64,000 bases of DNA from Polyangiaceae bacterium (GCA_044225865.1 JBGAID010000021.1:40280-104279); one strand, 5' to 3'; counted from the stretch's first letter, positions 38,521 through 48,265 are shown. Numbers and translations: made by a program. Notes: generated by a model from the letters alone, not told the origin.

Positions 38521-39441
38521 TTGCCCATGCCCGCCGAAGGGATCCACCTCACCGCGTTTCGAGAAGCGGCGTTCTCCGCGAGAATGCCTCACGAGGCTCG
38601 CCGCGCCGCCGTTCGCTTCGAGGACGTGGGGCGGCTCGGCGCCATCGCCCCCGATCTGCCCTACTTCGACCATTACGCGGAGGAGGTCGTCCGCTACGCC
38701 CTCGGGATCACGCCGCGCCCGAGCCCGCTCGGCGCGATTGTCCATGACGGGGCCGCCCCCCGAATCGTCCACGCCCTCGCGGCCCAGGCGCGCCGCTCGC
38801 GATCCGCCGAGCTCGCTGCCCTCGCCCTCGGGGCCGGGTCCCACGCCGCCATCGATCGCGCGATTCACCCGCTCGTCAACGCGCTCGCTCGACGCTTCGC
38901 CGAGGGTCGAAGCCACGACGCCGCCCACCGCGAGGTCGAGAAGTTTCAATCGATCTGTTTTCACGAGCGCTACTTCGGCAAAGACAGGATGGGCACGGAC
39001 GGTATCGTGCGGCTCGTCCGCGTACCCTGCGCCGAGCTCTTCGCGAGCCCGGTGATTGCAGCCGCCCTCGCCGGCGCGTTCGAAGCCGCGATTGAACAGC
39101 CAGAGCTGAGACCGTCCCGAGGCGACCTGGCCCGGATGGGAAGAGGATACGAGCAGCATGGAAGGCTCCTCGGCAGCCCGCTCGGCAAGCGCCTCGGCCC
39201 CGAGCGCGAGAAGGCCCGGGCCCGCCCCAAGTACATGGCCGGAGCCTGGGGGCGCTTCGAGGACGTGCTCGAGCGCGCCATTGCATCTTCCATCCCCGTG
39301 CTCGAGCGCGTCTGGGAGGCGTGCACGGCGAGCGCGGGCGAGGAGGAGTCGGTCACCCGCGCCCTCGACGGCGTGCTCCCGGCGGGTTCGATCGATTCGA
39401 TGGGCGACGAGGTGGATCTGACCGCGCCATTCATGGCCTGA
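38521..39441 (+). CDS. zinc-dependent phospholipase C-like family protein
   Basis: GIHLTAF..., APDLPYFDH and LGAGSHAAIDRAIHPLVNA resemble the zinc-ligand blocks of Zn-dependent PLC/P1-nuclease-like proteins (HLWI, YYD, LGxxxHYxxDxxxPxH). Confidence 0.45.
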   Translation: MPMPAEGIHLTAFREAAFSARMPHEARRAAVRFEDVGRLGAIAPDLPYFDHYAEEVVRYALGITPRPSPLGAIVHDGAAPRIVHALAAQARRSRSAELAALALGAGSHAAIDRAIHPLVNALARRFAEGRSHDAAHREVEKFQSICFHERYFGKDRMGTDGIVRLVRVPCAELFASPVIAAALAGAFEAAIEQPELRPSRGDLARMGRGYEQHGRLLGSPLGKRLGPEREKARARPKYMAGAWGRFEDVLERAIASSIPVLERVWEACTASAGEEESVTRALDGVLPAGSIDSMGDEVDLTAPFMA

Positions 39442-39514
39442 CGGCCCACCCAAAAAAGTGGCACCCGATGCCACGTCGGTTCTCACCTGAGCTCCGCGGC
39501 GGCATGTTCGGGCC

Positions 39515-40972
39515 ATGAAGGTCGTCGACTGCATCTGCATCTCCCTCGTCGTCTTCACGAGCGCCTGCATCGAAATCCTGCCGGACCAAGAGGCGCCGAC
39601 CTCGACAGCGCCGGCGCGCCCCCACCGCACCCACCTCCATCGCGGCGGCGCGGCCATCCGCGATCGCCCCGACTCCGTCGCGGATGCGCTCGCGAGCCGC
39701 CTCGCGGATGCGAAATCACCCTCCGCTCGAGCGGCAGCGCGGTTGGAGATCGCGCGCGCGCGGGTGGTGGACGGCGGGAGCGACTGTCAGGTCGCCGCGC
39801 GGGGCCAGGTCGTCTGTCGCGGCCCGCAGCGCGCGCGCGACGCGGTAGACGCTCGCTACCGAGCCGACTTCGAGGGGAGATCTCGGGAGGTCGCGCTCGA
39901 GACCTTCTTCGATCGATGCTTCCGCGGTCTCCCCACCGGGGGCGTCGTGGCCCTCACCGCCGACCCCCTCTGTGCGCTCCTCGCGAGCGAGCTCTCCGGA
40001 GCCGCCGCTCCCGGTGAGAACGAGCTCGAACGTCGAGAGGTCGCAGCCCTGCTGAGAGACGCGGGGGACGCGTTCGCCGGAAGGTCATCCTCCCTCCCTC
40101 GAGAGCCAGGCAGCGGCGACGAAGCGGCGCAGGCCGAGCTCCTCGCAAAAGCCCGCGCCACCTCCGATCGATGGCGGCGTGAGGTCGAGGAGCACGCCGA
40201 GCTCGTTCGGACCGTCGTGGCGTGGGGCTTTCGCTCCAACCACACTCGATGGTCGGCGTCGGACGACGATCGCGTCGTCTGTCGCTCGCGAGTCCCCGAG
40301 GCCTTCGCCGCAGGGCTCCACGCGAGCCGCGGCGCCGCGTTCGGCGACGTTCGCGAGCGAGCGCGCACGAGCCCCGTCCTCTCCCTTCTCCTCGACGTCC
40401 ACTCCATGTGCCATGAGACGGGAGCGTTCGGCGAGGGCCCGTCGAAGACGGTGACCCCCAAGGCCCTTTACACCCGCGGTCGCTACGAGTGGCTGCGCGA
40501 CCCGGCCCGCCAGCAGCCCTATCCTCTGTCGCTGGGCGGGACCGTCGCTACCGTCGCCGCCGTCGCCAAGCAGGGCGACACCGCCCTCGTCACGTTCGCT
40601 CCCATCGAGGACGTCGACGAGCAATTCTCCAATTGCGTCGCCACGAACAAGATCGCCGGCTACGTCCGCAACGGCCGGGACCTCGACGTTCGCTATGAGC
40701 AGCGCTGCCAGGTCCGCAGGCTCAAAGTCATCACCGCGCTCGCCCCCATCACCGTGGACCCAGCCATTGCGGCCGCCCTCGCCCGCGGGACGGTCGTCGT
40801 GCTCGACCGTCCCCTCTCCCGCACGCAGGTGAAGAGCGCGGCCCAATCCCCTCCCCTCTCCGCCGAGCCCGCCCACGTGGAGTGGGCCTTCGCGCGCGGA
40901 GCGGAAATTCGAGCGCAGGTGCCCGACGACGCAAAGGTCGTGGTCGCGCTTCATCATGCGTTGAGCCCGTAG
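39515..40972 (+). CDS. hypothetical lipoprotein (485 aa)
   Basis: MKVVDCICISLVVFTSAC lipobox. Arg/Ala-rich, no recognisable domain. Confidence 0.5.
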   Translation: MKVVDCICISLVVFTSACIEILPDQEAPTSTAPARPHRTHLHRGGAAIRDRPDSVADALASRLADAKSPSARAAARLEIARARVVDGGSDCQVAARGQVVCRGPQRARDAVDARYRADFEGRSREVALETFFDRCFRGLPTGGVVALTADPLCALLASELSGAAAPGENELERREVAALLRDAGDAFAGRSSSLPREPGSGDEAAQAELLAKARATSDRWRREVEEHAELVRTVVAWGFRSNHTRWSASDDDRVVCRSRVPEAFAAGLHASRGAAFGDVRERARTSPVLSLLLDVHSMCHETGAFGEGPSKTVTPKALYTRGRYEWLRDPARQQPYPLSLGGTVATVAAVAKQGDTALVTFAPIEDVDEQFSNCVATNKIAGYVRNGRDLDVRYEQRCQVRRLKVITALAPITVDPAIAAALARGTVVVLDRPLSRTQVKSAAQSPPLSAEPAHVEWAFARGAEIRAQVPDDAKVVVALHHALSP

Positions 40973-41055
40973 GCGCGATCGACTGACTGGCTTGTCATCG
41001 CAGCGAAGGAGAACGCGAGAAGGAGCCCAGGCCTGGCGACGCCAGCGAATGTTCC

Positions 41056-42006
41056 ATGTCCGCGGCCGCCAAGATCTCCGCCAAACCCGGCAAGTCCGCC
41101 TTGGAAGAGGCGAAGGTCGGATGTGACGGCGGAGACGGCGCCTCCTGTCAGGTCCTCGCCGGCATCTATGACGAGGGCTTCGCGGGTGTCCCGGCAGATC
41201 CGGCAAAGGCGCGCGCTCTTCGCCTTCGCGTGCAAGCGCGTCCCGCCAAAGGCGCGAGCGGGCCGGCCCCCGCGACCGGAATGCCGCCCCTGCGAATTGG
41301 CGGCGTCGTCGTCACCGCGCTCGGCGGGGTCGGCATCGTCTTGGGTGCGACGTTCGGCGTCCTCGCGATGCAGCGTCGCGACGAGAGCAACGAGCCTGGG
41401 CAGTGTGACGAAACGACCAATCTCTGCCGCACCGCCGCGGGGGTAGACCTCCGCGCGCAGTCTCGCCTCTTCGGCGATCTCTCCACGGCCACCTTCGTCA
41501 TTGGAGGGCTCGCCGGCGCCGCCGGCATCGTCCGTCATGCTCGCCGTTCCGATTGGCCGCGCGCCCGTGCGAGCGGCCGTGTCACCCTCGTTCATCGGCG
41601 CCGAGGGGACCTTTTGACCATGACATTCCGTCGATCGACATCGCTCTTCGTCGCGATCCTCGGCACCGGCTGCAACCTCCTCCTGGGCACCGAGGAGGGA
41701 ACGCTGAACGCCGTTGACGGCAGCGGAGGACCGGGCCAAGGGGGCGCGACCACGAGCGGGGGCGGTGGCGGAGAGAGTGTCGGCGGCGCCGGCGCGAGCC
41801 CCGGGGAAGGCGGCCAACCTCCCTGCACCGGGGCTCACTGCAAACTACAGGGAGGATTGTTTGGTCCGTCGCCTCGCCGGTTGGGCGCGTCCGCGTTTGG
41901 CGAGAGAGGCCGAACCGCGCAGCGGTGCTGCTCGAGAATCGCGCTCGGTCATTCAGTCTTGCACGAAGGACACTCGTCGATCGTGAACGCGACCTTCGCG
42001 ACGTGA
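41056..42006 (+). CDS. Sel1/TPR-like repeat membrane protein; 3' end uncertain (possible second lipoprotein ORF from ~41623)
   Basis: CDGGDGASCQVLAGIYDEGFAGVPADPAKARAL Sel1-like repeat, then two TM helices. In-frame MTFRRSTSLFVAILGTGC lipoprotein-type signal at ~41623 followed by Gly-rich low-complexity sequence. The last ~60 codons overlap the effector gene's 3' end and look non-coding. Confidence 0.35.
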   Translation: MSAAAKISAKPGKSALEEAKVGCDGGDGASCQVLAGIYDEGFAGVPADPAKARALRLRVQARPAKGASGPAPATGMPPLRIGGVVVTALGGVGIVLGATFGVLAMQRRDESNEPGQCDETTNLCRTAAGVDLRAQSRLFGDLSTATFVIGGLAGAAGIVRHARRSDWPRARASGRVTLVHRRRGDLLTMTFRRSTSLFVAILGTGCNLLLGTEEGTLNAVDGSGGPGQGGATTSGGGGGESVGGAGASPGEGGQPPCTGAHCKLQGGLFGPSPRRLGASAFGERGRTAQRCCSRIALGHSVLHEGHSSIVNATFAT

Positions 42007-44216
42007 AACTTGTCGCGACGTCGCTGGTCGAACTTGCCGGGGCCCGCGCCGTTGACGAGTCGAAAGAGCTCGTCGACGTTGCTGTCGGCCCAGCCGCGGT
42101 CGGCGACGCTGTTGGCGTCGTAGGATTTCCACCATCCGAACGTGGAGACCATCGCGCCGACCGCGGTGGTGGACGCGTCATCCGGTGATTGAATGAGATC
42201 GACCCCGCACTCGGGAGCGACCTCGTCGATGACCTTCTGGCTCCGCGTGTAGTTGTTCCGTCCGGTGAGCTGGATGTAGCCGCGGCCGCGAAACGTCCAG
42301 CCGTCGCCAGGCTGGTGGTTGCCCATGTCGGAGCTGCCGCTCCGGATGATCATCAGCCGCCCGTCGGGCAGCTTCTCGACGTTGGGCTTCCCTTCTTGAA
42401 GCACCGTGCCGTCTTCGTCCACCCAGCCGCCATAGAGGACGTTCGCGATAGGCTCGGCCTGAGCGTCGCCGTTGCCAGTGCCGGCATACTTGGTCGCGAG
42501 GGATGGGTGGAGCTGGAAGTTGTAGGGGGCGTTCTTGGGCGGCTCCGCGGTGACGTTGGTGAGGTTGTAGTAGCGCTGCCCCGACACCACCTTCCCAGTG
42601 AGCGTATATTGCGTCAGGTCTTCTTCTCCATGCTCGAGGCTCGGCTTCGTCTCCGCCGACACCTGAGCCCAGAAGTGCGCCTTGCGCAGGCAGGTCGCGA
42701 GCTCGAACGGGATGAAGTAGTCATTGAACGCGGCCACCGCCTCCGCGACGTTGGTCGCGGTCCCCTTCGGGAAGAGCTGCTTCAGCTGATCGGCGCTGAT
42801 GGGCGCTCGACAAGCCTTGCAGCCGTTCGGCGCGACCGGGTCGTCCCCAGCGTCCGTGTCGTCCTCGTGCAGCCCGATGATGATCGGGATCTCGGCGGTG
42901 ATGGCGTGGATGACGTCGGGCGAGTAGGGCAGCGCCTGGTGATCGGTATCGAGGACAGGGGCTGGGGCCGAGATGAAGGTCGCGAAAGGACGAAAGAGGA
43001 TGTCCGAAGGCGGCTTGACAGCGTACGCGGGGACGGCGCCGTCTCCCTTCCCGAGCCCGATGCCGAGCTCGGGCCCCTTCGCCATCCCGAGCCAGCTGAC
43101 GTCGGGCGTGTAGACGTTCTCGCCGCTCTGGACGTTGATCGTCCCATAGGGCGGCAGGTCGACCTCCGCGGAGGTATCCATATCGAAGCAGCCCACACAA
43201 TACGTCCGGGGGTGGACGTAGACCTGGTCGGTGACCTTGAGCTGCTCGTGCAACAGGTGAGCGGCGTCGACGCGCGCGGCGTACTGGGTCCGCTTCGTCG
43301 CGTCGTCGCCGAAGCCCACGAAGATGTCTTTGTAGACTTGAGGAAAGTCGGTCGTGGCGTCGGCGAGGGGCTTCGGCGCGGCGCCGGCCTTGTATGGATA
43401 GCCGGACTGGCTCGTCTCGAACGTCAGCCAGCTCTTGTTCTTGTCGCAGTAAACGCGGGTGGGCAGCATCTCGTAGGCCCCCGGCAAGGCCCGCAGGAGA
43501 TCGCGGGACGCCGTCGCGCCGAGCCCCATCCGCAGGCGGATGAACAGCGTCAGCCAATCTCCGGTGTCCAGGGGGACGCCTGCCTTCATCGTCGTGAAGG
43601 CAGAGACGGCGCCGAGGATGGGGCTCCCGACGAGGAACATCGCGCGGACGGATCCGCGGCCGCCGAGCTTGCGAGAGTAGTATCGGCTGACGAGGCCACC
43701 CTGGCAGTGGGCGACGATGATCACCTTCTCGCGTCCGTTCTCGGCGCGCGCGTCGGCGACGACGTTCTGGAGCCTTGTCGCGGCGGTCGCGGCGCTGAGG
43801 CGCCAATCGTAGCCGCACCCGTAGACGACTGCCTTCCAGGCCGGGGTGCCCGTCTCCGCGTTGGCGAGCCCGCTGAGCCTTCCGAGGGCCACGCACAGGT
43901 CGCGGTAGTAGTCCGGGATGAGGTTGGAGAAATGTCGAATGGTCTGATTGTCTGCCTTCTCTGTCGCCGTCGCGTCGGCGAGGGGCTCGGCGGGATCCAG
44001 GGGGGCGAGGTTCATGAGGCGAGCGGTGTCGGCCGCGAAGTCCCCGGGGGCCTCCCCGCCATAGCCACCGCCGGTGGGGTTCCAGACGAGCTTCTTGCTC
44101 GCCGAGTCATAGAGGCGCGTCCCCATGAACCCGGGGACGACGACGATGGGGATTCGGCGTTCTTCGGTGGAGGCGTGGCTCTCTTCGGACGGGCTCGCGG
44201 TGAGGTTCTCGGCCAT
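41949..44216 (-). CDS. bifunctional putative T6SS effector: N-terminal alpha/beta-hydrolase lipase-like domain (Cys at nucleophile position) + C-terminal GH19/COG3179 lysozyme-like peptidoglycan hydrolase domain
   Basis: IVVVPGFMGTRLYD and IIVAHCQGGLVSRYY (nucleophile elbow GHSxGG with Cys replacing Ser). C-terminal GRGYIQLTGRNNYTRSQKV...GVDLIQSPDDASTTAVGAMVSTFGWWKSY matches the GH19-type predicted-chitinase/endolysin motif. 14 nt downstream of VgrG on the same strand. Confidence 0.75.
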   Translation of the reverse strand: MAENLTASPSEESHASTEERRIPIVVVPGFMGTRLYDSASKKLVWNPTGGGYGGEAPGDFAADTARLMNLAPLDPAEPLADATATEKADNQTIRHFSNLIPDYYRDLCVALGRLSGLANAETGTPAWKAVVYGCGYDWRLSAATAATRLQNVVADARAENGREKVIIVAHCQGGLVSRYYSRKLGGRGSVRAMFLVGSPILGAVSAFTTMKAGVPLDTGDWLTLFIRLRMGLGATASRDLLRALPGAYEMLPTRVYCDKNKSWLTFETSQSGYPYKAGAAPKPLADATTDFPQVYKDIFVGFGDDATKRTQYAARVDAAHLLHEQLKVTDQVYVHPRTYCVGCFDMDTSAEVDLPPYGTINVQSGENVYTPDVSWLGMAKGPELGIGLGKGDGAVPAYAVKPPSDILFRPFATFISAPAPVLDTDHQALPYSPDVIHAITAEIPIIIGLHEDDTDAGDDPVAPNGCKACRAPISADQLKQLFPKGTATNVAEAVAAFNDYFIPFELATCLRKAHFWAQVSAETKPSLEHGEEDLTQYTLTGKVVSGQRYYNLTNVTAEPPKNAPYNFQLHPSLATKYAGTGNGDAQAEPIANVLYGGWVDEDGTVLQEGKPNVEKLPDGRLMIIRSGSSDMGNHQPGDGWTFRGRGYIQLTGRNNYTRSQKVIDEVAPECGVDLIQSPDDASTTAVGAMVSTFGWWKSYDANSVADRGWADSNVDELFRLVNGAGPGKFDQRRRDKFHVAKVAFTIDECPSCKTE

Positions 44217-44230
44217 GTTCGATCGCTCCG

Positions 44231-46870
44231 TCAGTTTCCGTGGACTTCGGTCAGCTTCGCCGCGGTCGCGCCGTCGAGATCGCCACTCGGCTCGAGGTCG
44301 TGATCCTCCTGGAAGTCGATGATCGCCTGCTTCGTCTTGGGGTCCATCCCCGGGCCGGCGCCCGTCTCGTAGCCGAGGTTCGCGAGGCGGGTGCGAGCGC
44401 CCTCCGTCGTCGAGGCGGGCTCCGGGTCTTCAATCGCGATGTCCCAGACGTGGCGCTTCCCCGCCGGAGGCTCTCCCTCCCAGAGGACGAGGTGGGCCTT
44501 CGTCGCGCCCTTCGGAATGTCCTGCGCCACCGTACCGTCCCCGCTCGTCGTGCCGGAGTATCTTCGGCCGTCGACCGTCAATTCATAGGGACGGCTCGCG
44601 TAGGGCTGGAAGGCGCCATCGCTCAGCTTCAGCTTGAACGGCTGCGTCTCGGGCGGCGCCGCATCGGCCGTCGCTTTGGGCGGGTCGCCCTCTCGATAGC
44701 CGAGCTTGATCGCGGCCCCCTTCGTGTAGACGTCCTTGGTGAGCTCGAAGCTCGACCCGGTGCCGAAGAAGCGCGCGGCGGGGGCGGAGATCTTCGCCTC
44801 GCCGTCCAGGGCCACGATCGACCTGTCGCTCTTCACGGTGGTGCTCTCGGCGCCATTGACCACGATCTCCTTGGCGGTGATCTCGACACGGTCGGGCGTC
44901 ATGCGCAGCACGCTGTCTCCGCATTGAATGGTCACGCTCCGCTCCGCGTGGAGGACGAGATCCTCATCGGCGCCGAGGTTCCACGAGCCGGTCGCGTGGA
45001 GGGCGGCGGAGGCGGGCGCGTCGATCCCCACATTCACTCCCAGGCCTCCAATGGCGGTCAGGCTCGCGTCGTGATCGACGCGCACGCTCGCGGTCGCGTG
45101 GTAGCGCGCAGTCGCCGCTCCCGTCACCTCGACCGTGTCGACGCCGCCGACGACGTCGGCTCGGTTGCCGGTGACATTGGACGAGACATTCCCCGTCGTG
45201 TCCTCCGCGCGATTGCCCCGCACGACGTCGAGCTTGTCGCCGCCGACGGCGAGGCTCTGCTTGCCCGTCACGCTCTCGCTGCGGTTGCCGCCGATCGTGA
45301 TGGAGCGATCTTTCGCCACGGTCGTCGTTTGGTTCGCCCCGACCGTCTCGGTCAGGTGCTTCTCGGCGCGGAGCTCGATCGCCTCCTCGCCGAGCTTGTC
45401 CTCGAACGCGAGCTCGTTGTAGCCCTTCCCTCCCGGCATGGATCGGGTGCGGATCCCGCTGCGCGTCTGGCCCGACGCCTTCGCGTAGATCGGCGGGTGC
45501 TCCGCGTTGGGGACGCTCCCGATGACGATGGGCCTGTCCACGTCTCCCCCGAGGAAGGCGACGAGCACTTCCATCCCGATGCGCGGAATGAATTGAAAGC
45601 CCCAGCCCGCACCTGCCCACGGCTGCATGACTCGGAGCCAGCACGACGTGGCCCCGTCGAGCTTGCCCTCGCGGTCCCAATGAAACTGCACCTTGATGCG
45701 ACCGAGATCGTCCGTGAACAGCTCATTGCCGGGCGGCCCCACGACGACCGCTGTCTCGAGCACCTGTTGAATCCGCGGAGCGGGCGGTTCGGGCCGGAAC
45801 ACCGTCGTCGAGGGGACGGCGCGAAACGTGTTTCGATAGGGCGGCTCGTTCGACGCGCCGCCGTCGTAGTGAGGGTCGCGACCGAAGTGATCGACGCTCA
45901 CGACCGTGTAGGTCCCGTCGTGCGACTCGAGATCGGCGTCTGCGATCTCGATCCCCATGCCGGCGGCGAGGGACGCGTTCTCGGTGTCCCCGCGCGCCAC
46001 CCACCGCAGGCGCCGGTGCTGCTCGAGGCGCACCGAGGCGAGCGCGCTGGAGGTGGCGATCGGGTCGAGGACGCCGTCGTGATGATATTGCTCGCCCTCC
46101 TCTCCCTCCTTCGCCTCCGCCTTCAGATCGAGCGACGGACGATTGAAGTCGAAGTCCTTCACCACCACCGAGCCCGCGTGCGCGCGCCGCTCGAGGCTGA
46201 ATCGGCGAACGTCAGGGGTGTCGCTCCGTTGTCCATAGTCCTCGCGCGGGTGGAGCTTGGGGGCGCCCGGGACGAGGGCGCACGCGGTCGCGCTGCTCGC
46301 GAGGACGAGCACCTCTTTGCCGCGCTCGTCCGCCTGCTGCTCAAAGAAATAGAAGCTCCCATCCTCGGCGAGCAACCGCTCGACGAAGGCGAGATCGGTC
46401 TCTTGGAATTGGACACAATACTCGCGGTGCGAGATGTCTGTGGCGGACCGGTCGGAGACGTCCAACCCCGAGGCAGAGAGCACCTCGGAGATGATGGCGC
46501 CCGTCGACTTGTCCTGGAAGACGCGGCTGTTCCGCTTGAGAGAGACGAGCGCGAGGCGCGGGACCACCTCGAAGGTGTAGAGCCGCATCTCGGGCCGGCT
46601 CCGGGGCGCGCCCGTGACCGCGACGCTCCGAACCACCCCGTGCACCCACCGCCGTGCCCGAGCGTCGCCGAACCCGAGGTGGCACGTCTTGCCGACGTAT
46701 TGGTCCTCGACCGTCTTCGCGTCGAGGGGGGCGCGCTCCACTCGAACCTCGAAGCGATAGGGGGTCGAGATCGCCTCGACGCCCGAGAAGCTGGTCACGA
46801 CGAGGTGCTCGGGGGCCCCGTCCACGTCGAATTCGAACAGCTCATCCTGCGCCGCGGCCATGCGCGCCAT
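44231..46870 (-). CDS. vgrG: type VI secretion VgrG spike protein with C-terminal peptidoglycan-binding domain
   Basis: ATG 46870 (MARMAAAQDELFEFDVDGAPEHLVVTSFSGVEAISTPYRFEV); ATG 46861 is an alternative. gp27-like and gp5-like OB/beta-helix regions (VVGPPGNELFTDDLGRIKVQFHWDR...). C-terminal TRLANLGYETGAGPGMDPKTKQAIIDFQEDHDLEPSGDLDGATAAKL PG_binding_1-like domain. The 5' extension in the track ORF is junk. Confidence 0.85.
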   Translation of the reverse strand: MARMAAAQDELFEFDVDGAPEHLVVTSFSGVEAISTPYRFEVRVERAPLDAKTVEDQYVGKTCHLGFGDARARRWVHGVVRSVAVTGAPRSRPEMRLYTFEVVPRLALVSLKRNSRVFQDKSTGAIISEVLSASGLDVSDRSATDISHREYCVQFQETDLAFVERLLAEDGSFYFFEQQADERGKEVLVLASSATACALVPGAPKLHPREDYGQRSDTPDVRRFSLERRAHAGSVVVKDFDFNRPSLDLKAEAKEGEEGEQYHHDGVLDPIATSSALASVRLEQHRRLRWVARGDTENASLAAGMGIEIADADLESHDGTYTVVSVDHFGRDPHYDGGASNEPPYRNTFRAVPSTTVFRPEPPAPRIQQVLETAVVVGPPGNELFTDDLGRIKVQFHWDREGKLDGATSCWLRVMQPWAGAGWGFQFIPRIGMEVLVAFLGGDVDRPIVIGSVPNAEHPPIYAKASGQTRSGIRTRSMPGGKGYNELAFEDKLGEEAIELRAEKHLTETVGANQTTTVAKDRSITIGGNRSESVTGKQSLAVGGDKLDVVRGNRAEDTTGNVSSNVTGNRADVVGGVDTVEVTGAATARYHATASVRVDHDASLTAIGGLGVNVGIDAPASAALHATGSWNLGADEDLVLHAERSVTIQCGDSVLRMTPDRVEITAKEIVVNGAESTTVKSDRSIVALDGEAKISAPAARFFGTGSSFELTKDVYTKGAAIKLGYREGDPPKATADAAPPETQPFKLKLSDGAFQPYASRPYELTVDGRRYSGTTSGDGTVAQDIPKGATKAHLVLWEGEPPAGKRHVWDIAIEDPEPASTTEGARTRLANLGYETGAGPGMDPKTKQAIIDFQEDHDLEPSGDLDGATAAKLTEVHGN

Positions 46871-46939
46871 CTTCGATGCCGCCACCACGCCGGGCAAGGG
46901 CCACGCGCGGAGTGACAGTTCGCTCCCAATCTGGCAACA

Positions 46940-47662
46940 ATGCCCCCCGTGAGGTCTGCACCGAAATGGCGGCTCTATGCGACCTGGGAGCCGCGGCCGG
47001 AGCCGCCCGCGGACGCGGTCGATCGGCTCCTCGTCCTCTTCGACGCCCTGCGGGCAGGCTCCGATCGCGCTTGGACCGCCGCCCTCGGCAAGTCGGCCCA
47101 GCCCCACCCTTGCCGCGACGGCGCTTCCGTCGAGTGGGCGCTCCGCGCCGGCAGCTTTCCACTCGAGCGACGCCCTCGCGCGGGCGACTTCAGCTGTCAA
47201 AGCTTCTATCTGGGCACCTTCCGCCGCTGGGAGAGCAAGCTCACCGTCGCGTGCGGCGCCCGCGACAAAGTCGCCAATATCGAGACTCCCAACCGAATCG
47301 AGATCTCGGGCACCCACGAGCGGGAGCCCCAATCCCTCCGCGAGCTCCTCGTCGTCGTGATCGCCGCCTTCCGCCCCGCGTGGGCGTTCATCGCTCGTGG
47401 CGACGCCCCCCAGTTTCCCGTCCCCGGAATGGCCACCCCCACCGTGGGATGGATCACCTATCTATCGTCCGCGTTCGGCCCGGTCCCGCCTCACCCGTGC
47501 CTCAGCCCCGTCCCCGTCCCGCGCTTCGGCACGCTGGTCCAAATCGCCAAAGACGGAGAGAGGATCGAAGAGAGCTCCGTCGCTCAGCTGCGCGCGGTGA
47601 CGCGAGCATTGAAGAGCGCAGGGGTGTTTCGATCAGAACGTGAGTCGAAGCGAGAGCCCTGA
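46940..47662 (+). CDS. hypothetical protein divergent from vgrG (240 aa)
   Basis: Strong GC3, W/Y/F-containing composition. 70-bp divergent intergenic region with vgrG. No domain recognised. Confidence 0.5.
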   Translation: MPPVRSAPKWRLYATWEPRPEPPADAVDRLLVLFDALRAGSDRAWTAALGKSAQPHPCRDGASVEWALRAGSFPLERRPRAGDFSCQSFYLGTFRRWESKLTVACGARDKVANIETPNRIEISGTHEREPQSLRELLVVVIAAFRPAWAFIARGDAPQFPVPGMATPTVGWITYLSSAFGPVPPHPCLSPVPVPRFGTLVQIAKDGERIEESSVAQLRAVTRALKSAGVFRSERESKREP

Positions 47663-48265
47663 CCGGACGCTGGGCGAACGCTCCGGGAGGTCGCCCCACC
47701 GCAACCTCGGGATGGATCCGATCACGGTGAGCGTCACGCCGCCGAGGACGGCGGCGCCCCCGACGATCGCCCCCACGAGCCCGATGGCGTCTTCAATCGC
47801 CCCGTCTTCGCTCGGCTCGGCGTCCCCTCCGGTGAGCAGCACGATCCCGAGGGCGAGGCTCACCGCCCCGATCGCGCCGAAGCCGGCGCCGGCCCCCAAC
47901 ATGCCCGGGTCGACTTTCTTCGAGAGCCGCCGGATCGGCAGGGTGGTGGTGCGACCGGCCTCGATGACGACCTTCTCCGTCCCGAGATCCGCCGACGACT
48001 CGCCCTTGGCTGTGCTCGCCGAATACCAGACGGAGTACTCGCCCGGCGGCAGCTCCCGCGGAGCGTCGTCACCCGATTGGAAGTGGGATCCCGACTGAAC
48101 CTTCAGCGAGAGCGAATGAGACGGCGGCAGCGACGCCCTATCGACGCGCAGCGTGCCCTTCGTGGCCCCCGCGGTGGCGGGGCCCTGGGGCCTGAACGGG
48201 GGCGCGCACCCGAGGACGAAGAGAAGGACGACGAGGCCGGCTCGCCACGAGCCACCGAGAAACAT
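47633..48265 (-). CDS. hypothetical lipoprotein with C-terminal membrane helices
   Basis: MFLGGSWRAGLVVLLFVLGC lipobox. Gly-rich TM-like C-terminus. Confidence 0.5.
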   Translation of the reverse strand: MFLGGSWRAGLVVLLFVLGCAPPFRPQGPATAGATKGTLRVDRASLPPSHSLSLKVQSGSHFQSGDDAPRELPPGEYSVWYSASTAKGESSADLGTEKVVIEAGRTTTLPIRRLSKKVDPGMLGAGAGFGAIGAVSLALGIVLLTGGDAEPSEDGAIEDAIGLVGAIVGGAAVLGGVTLTVIGSIPRLRWGDLPERSPSVRSGLSLRLTF

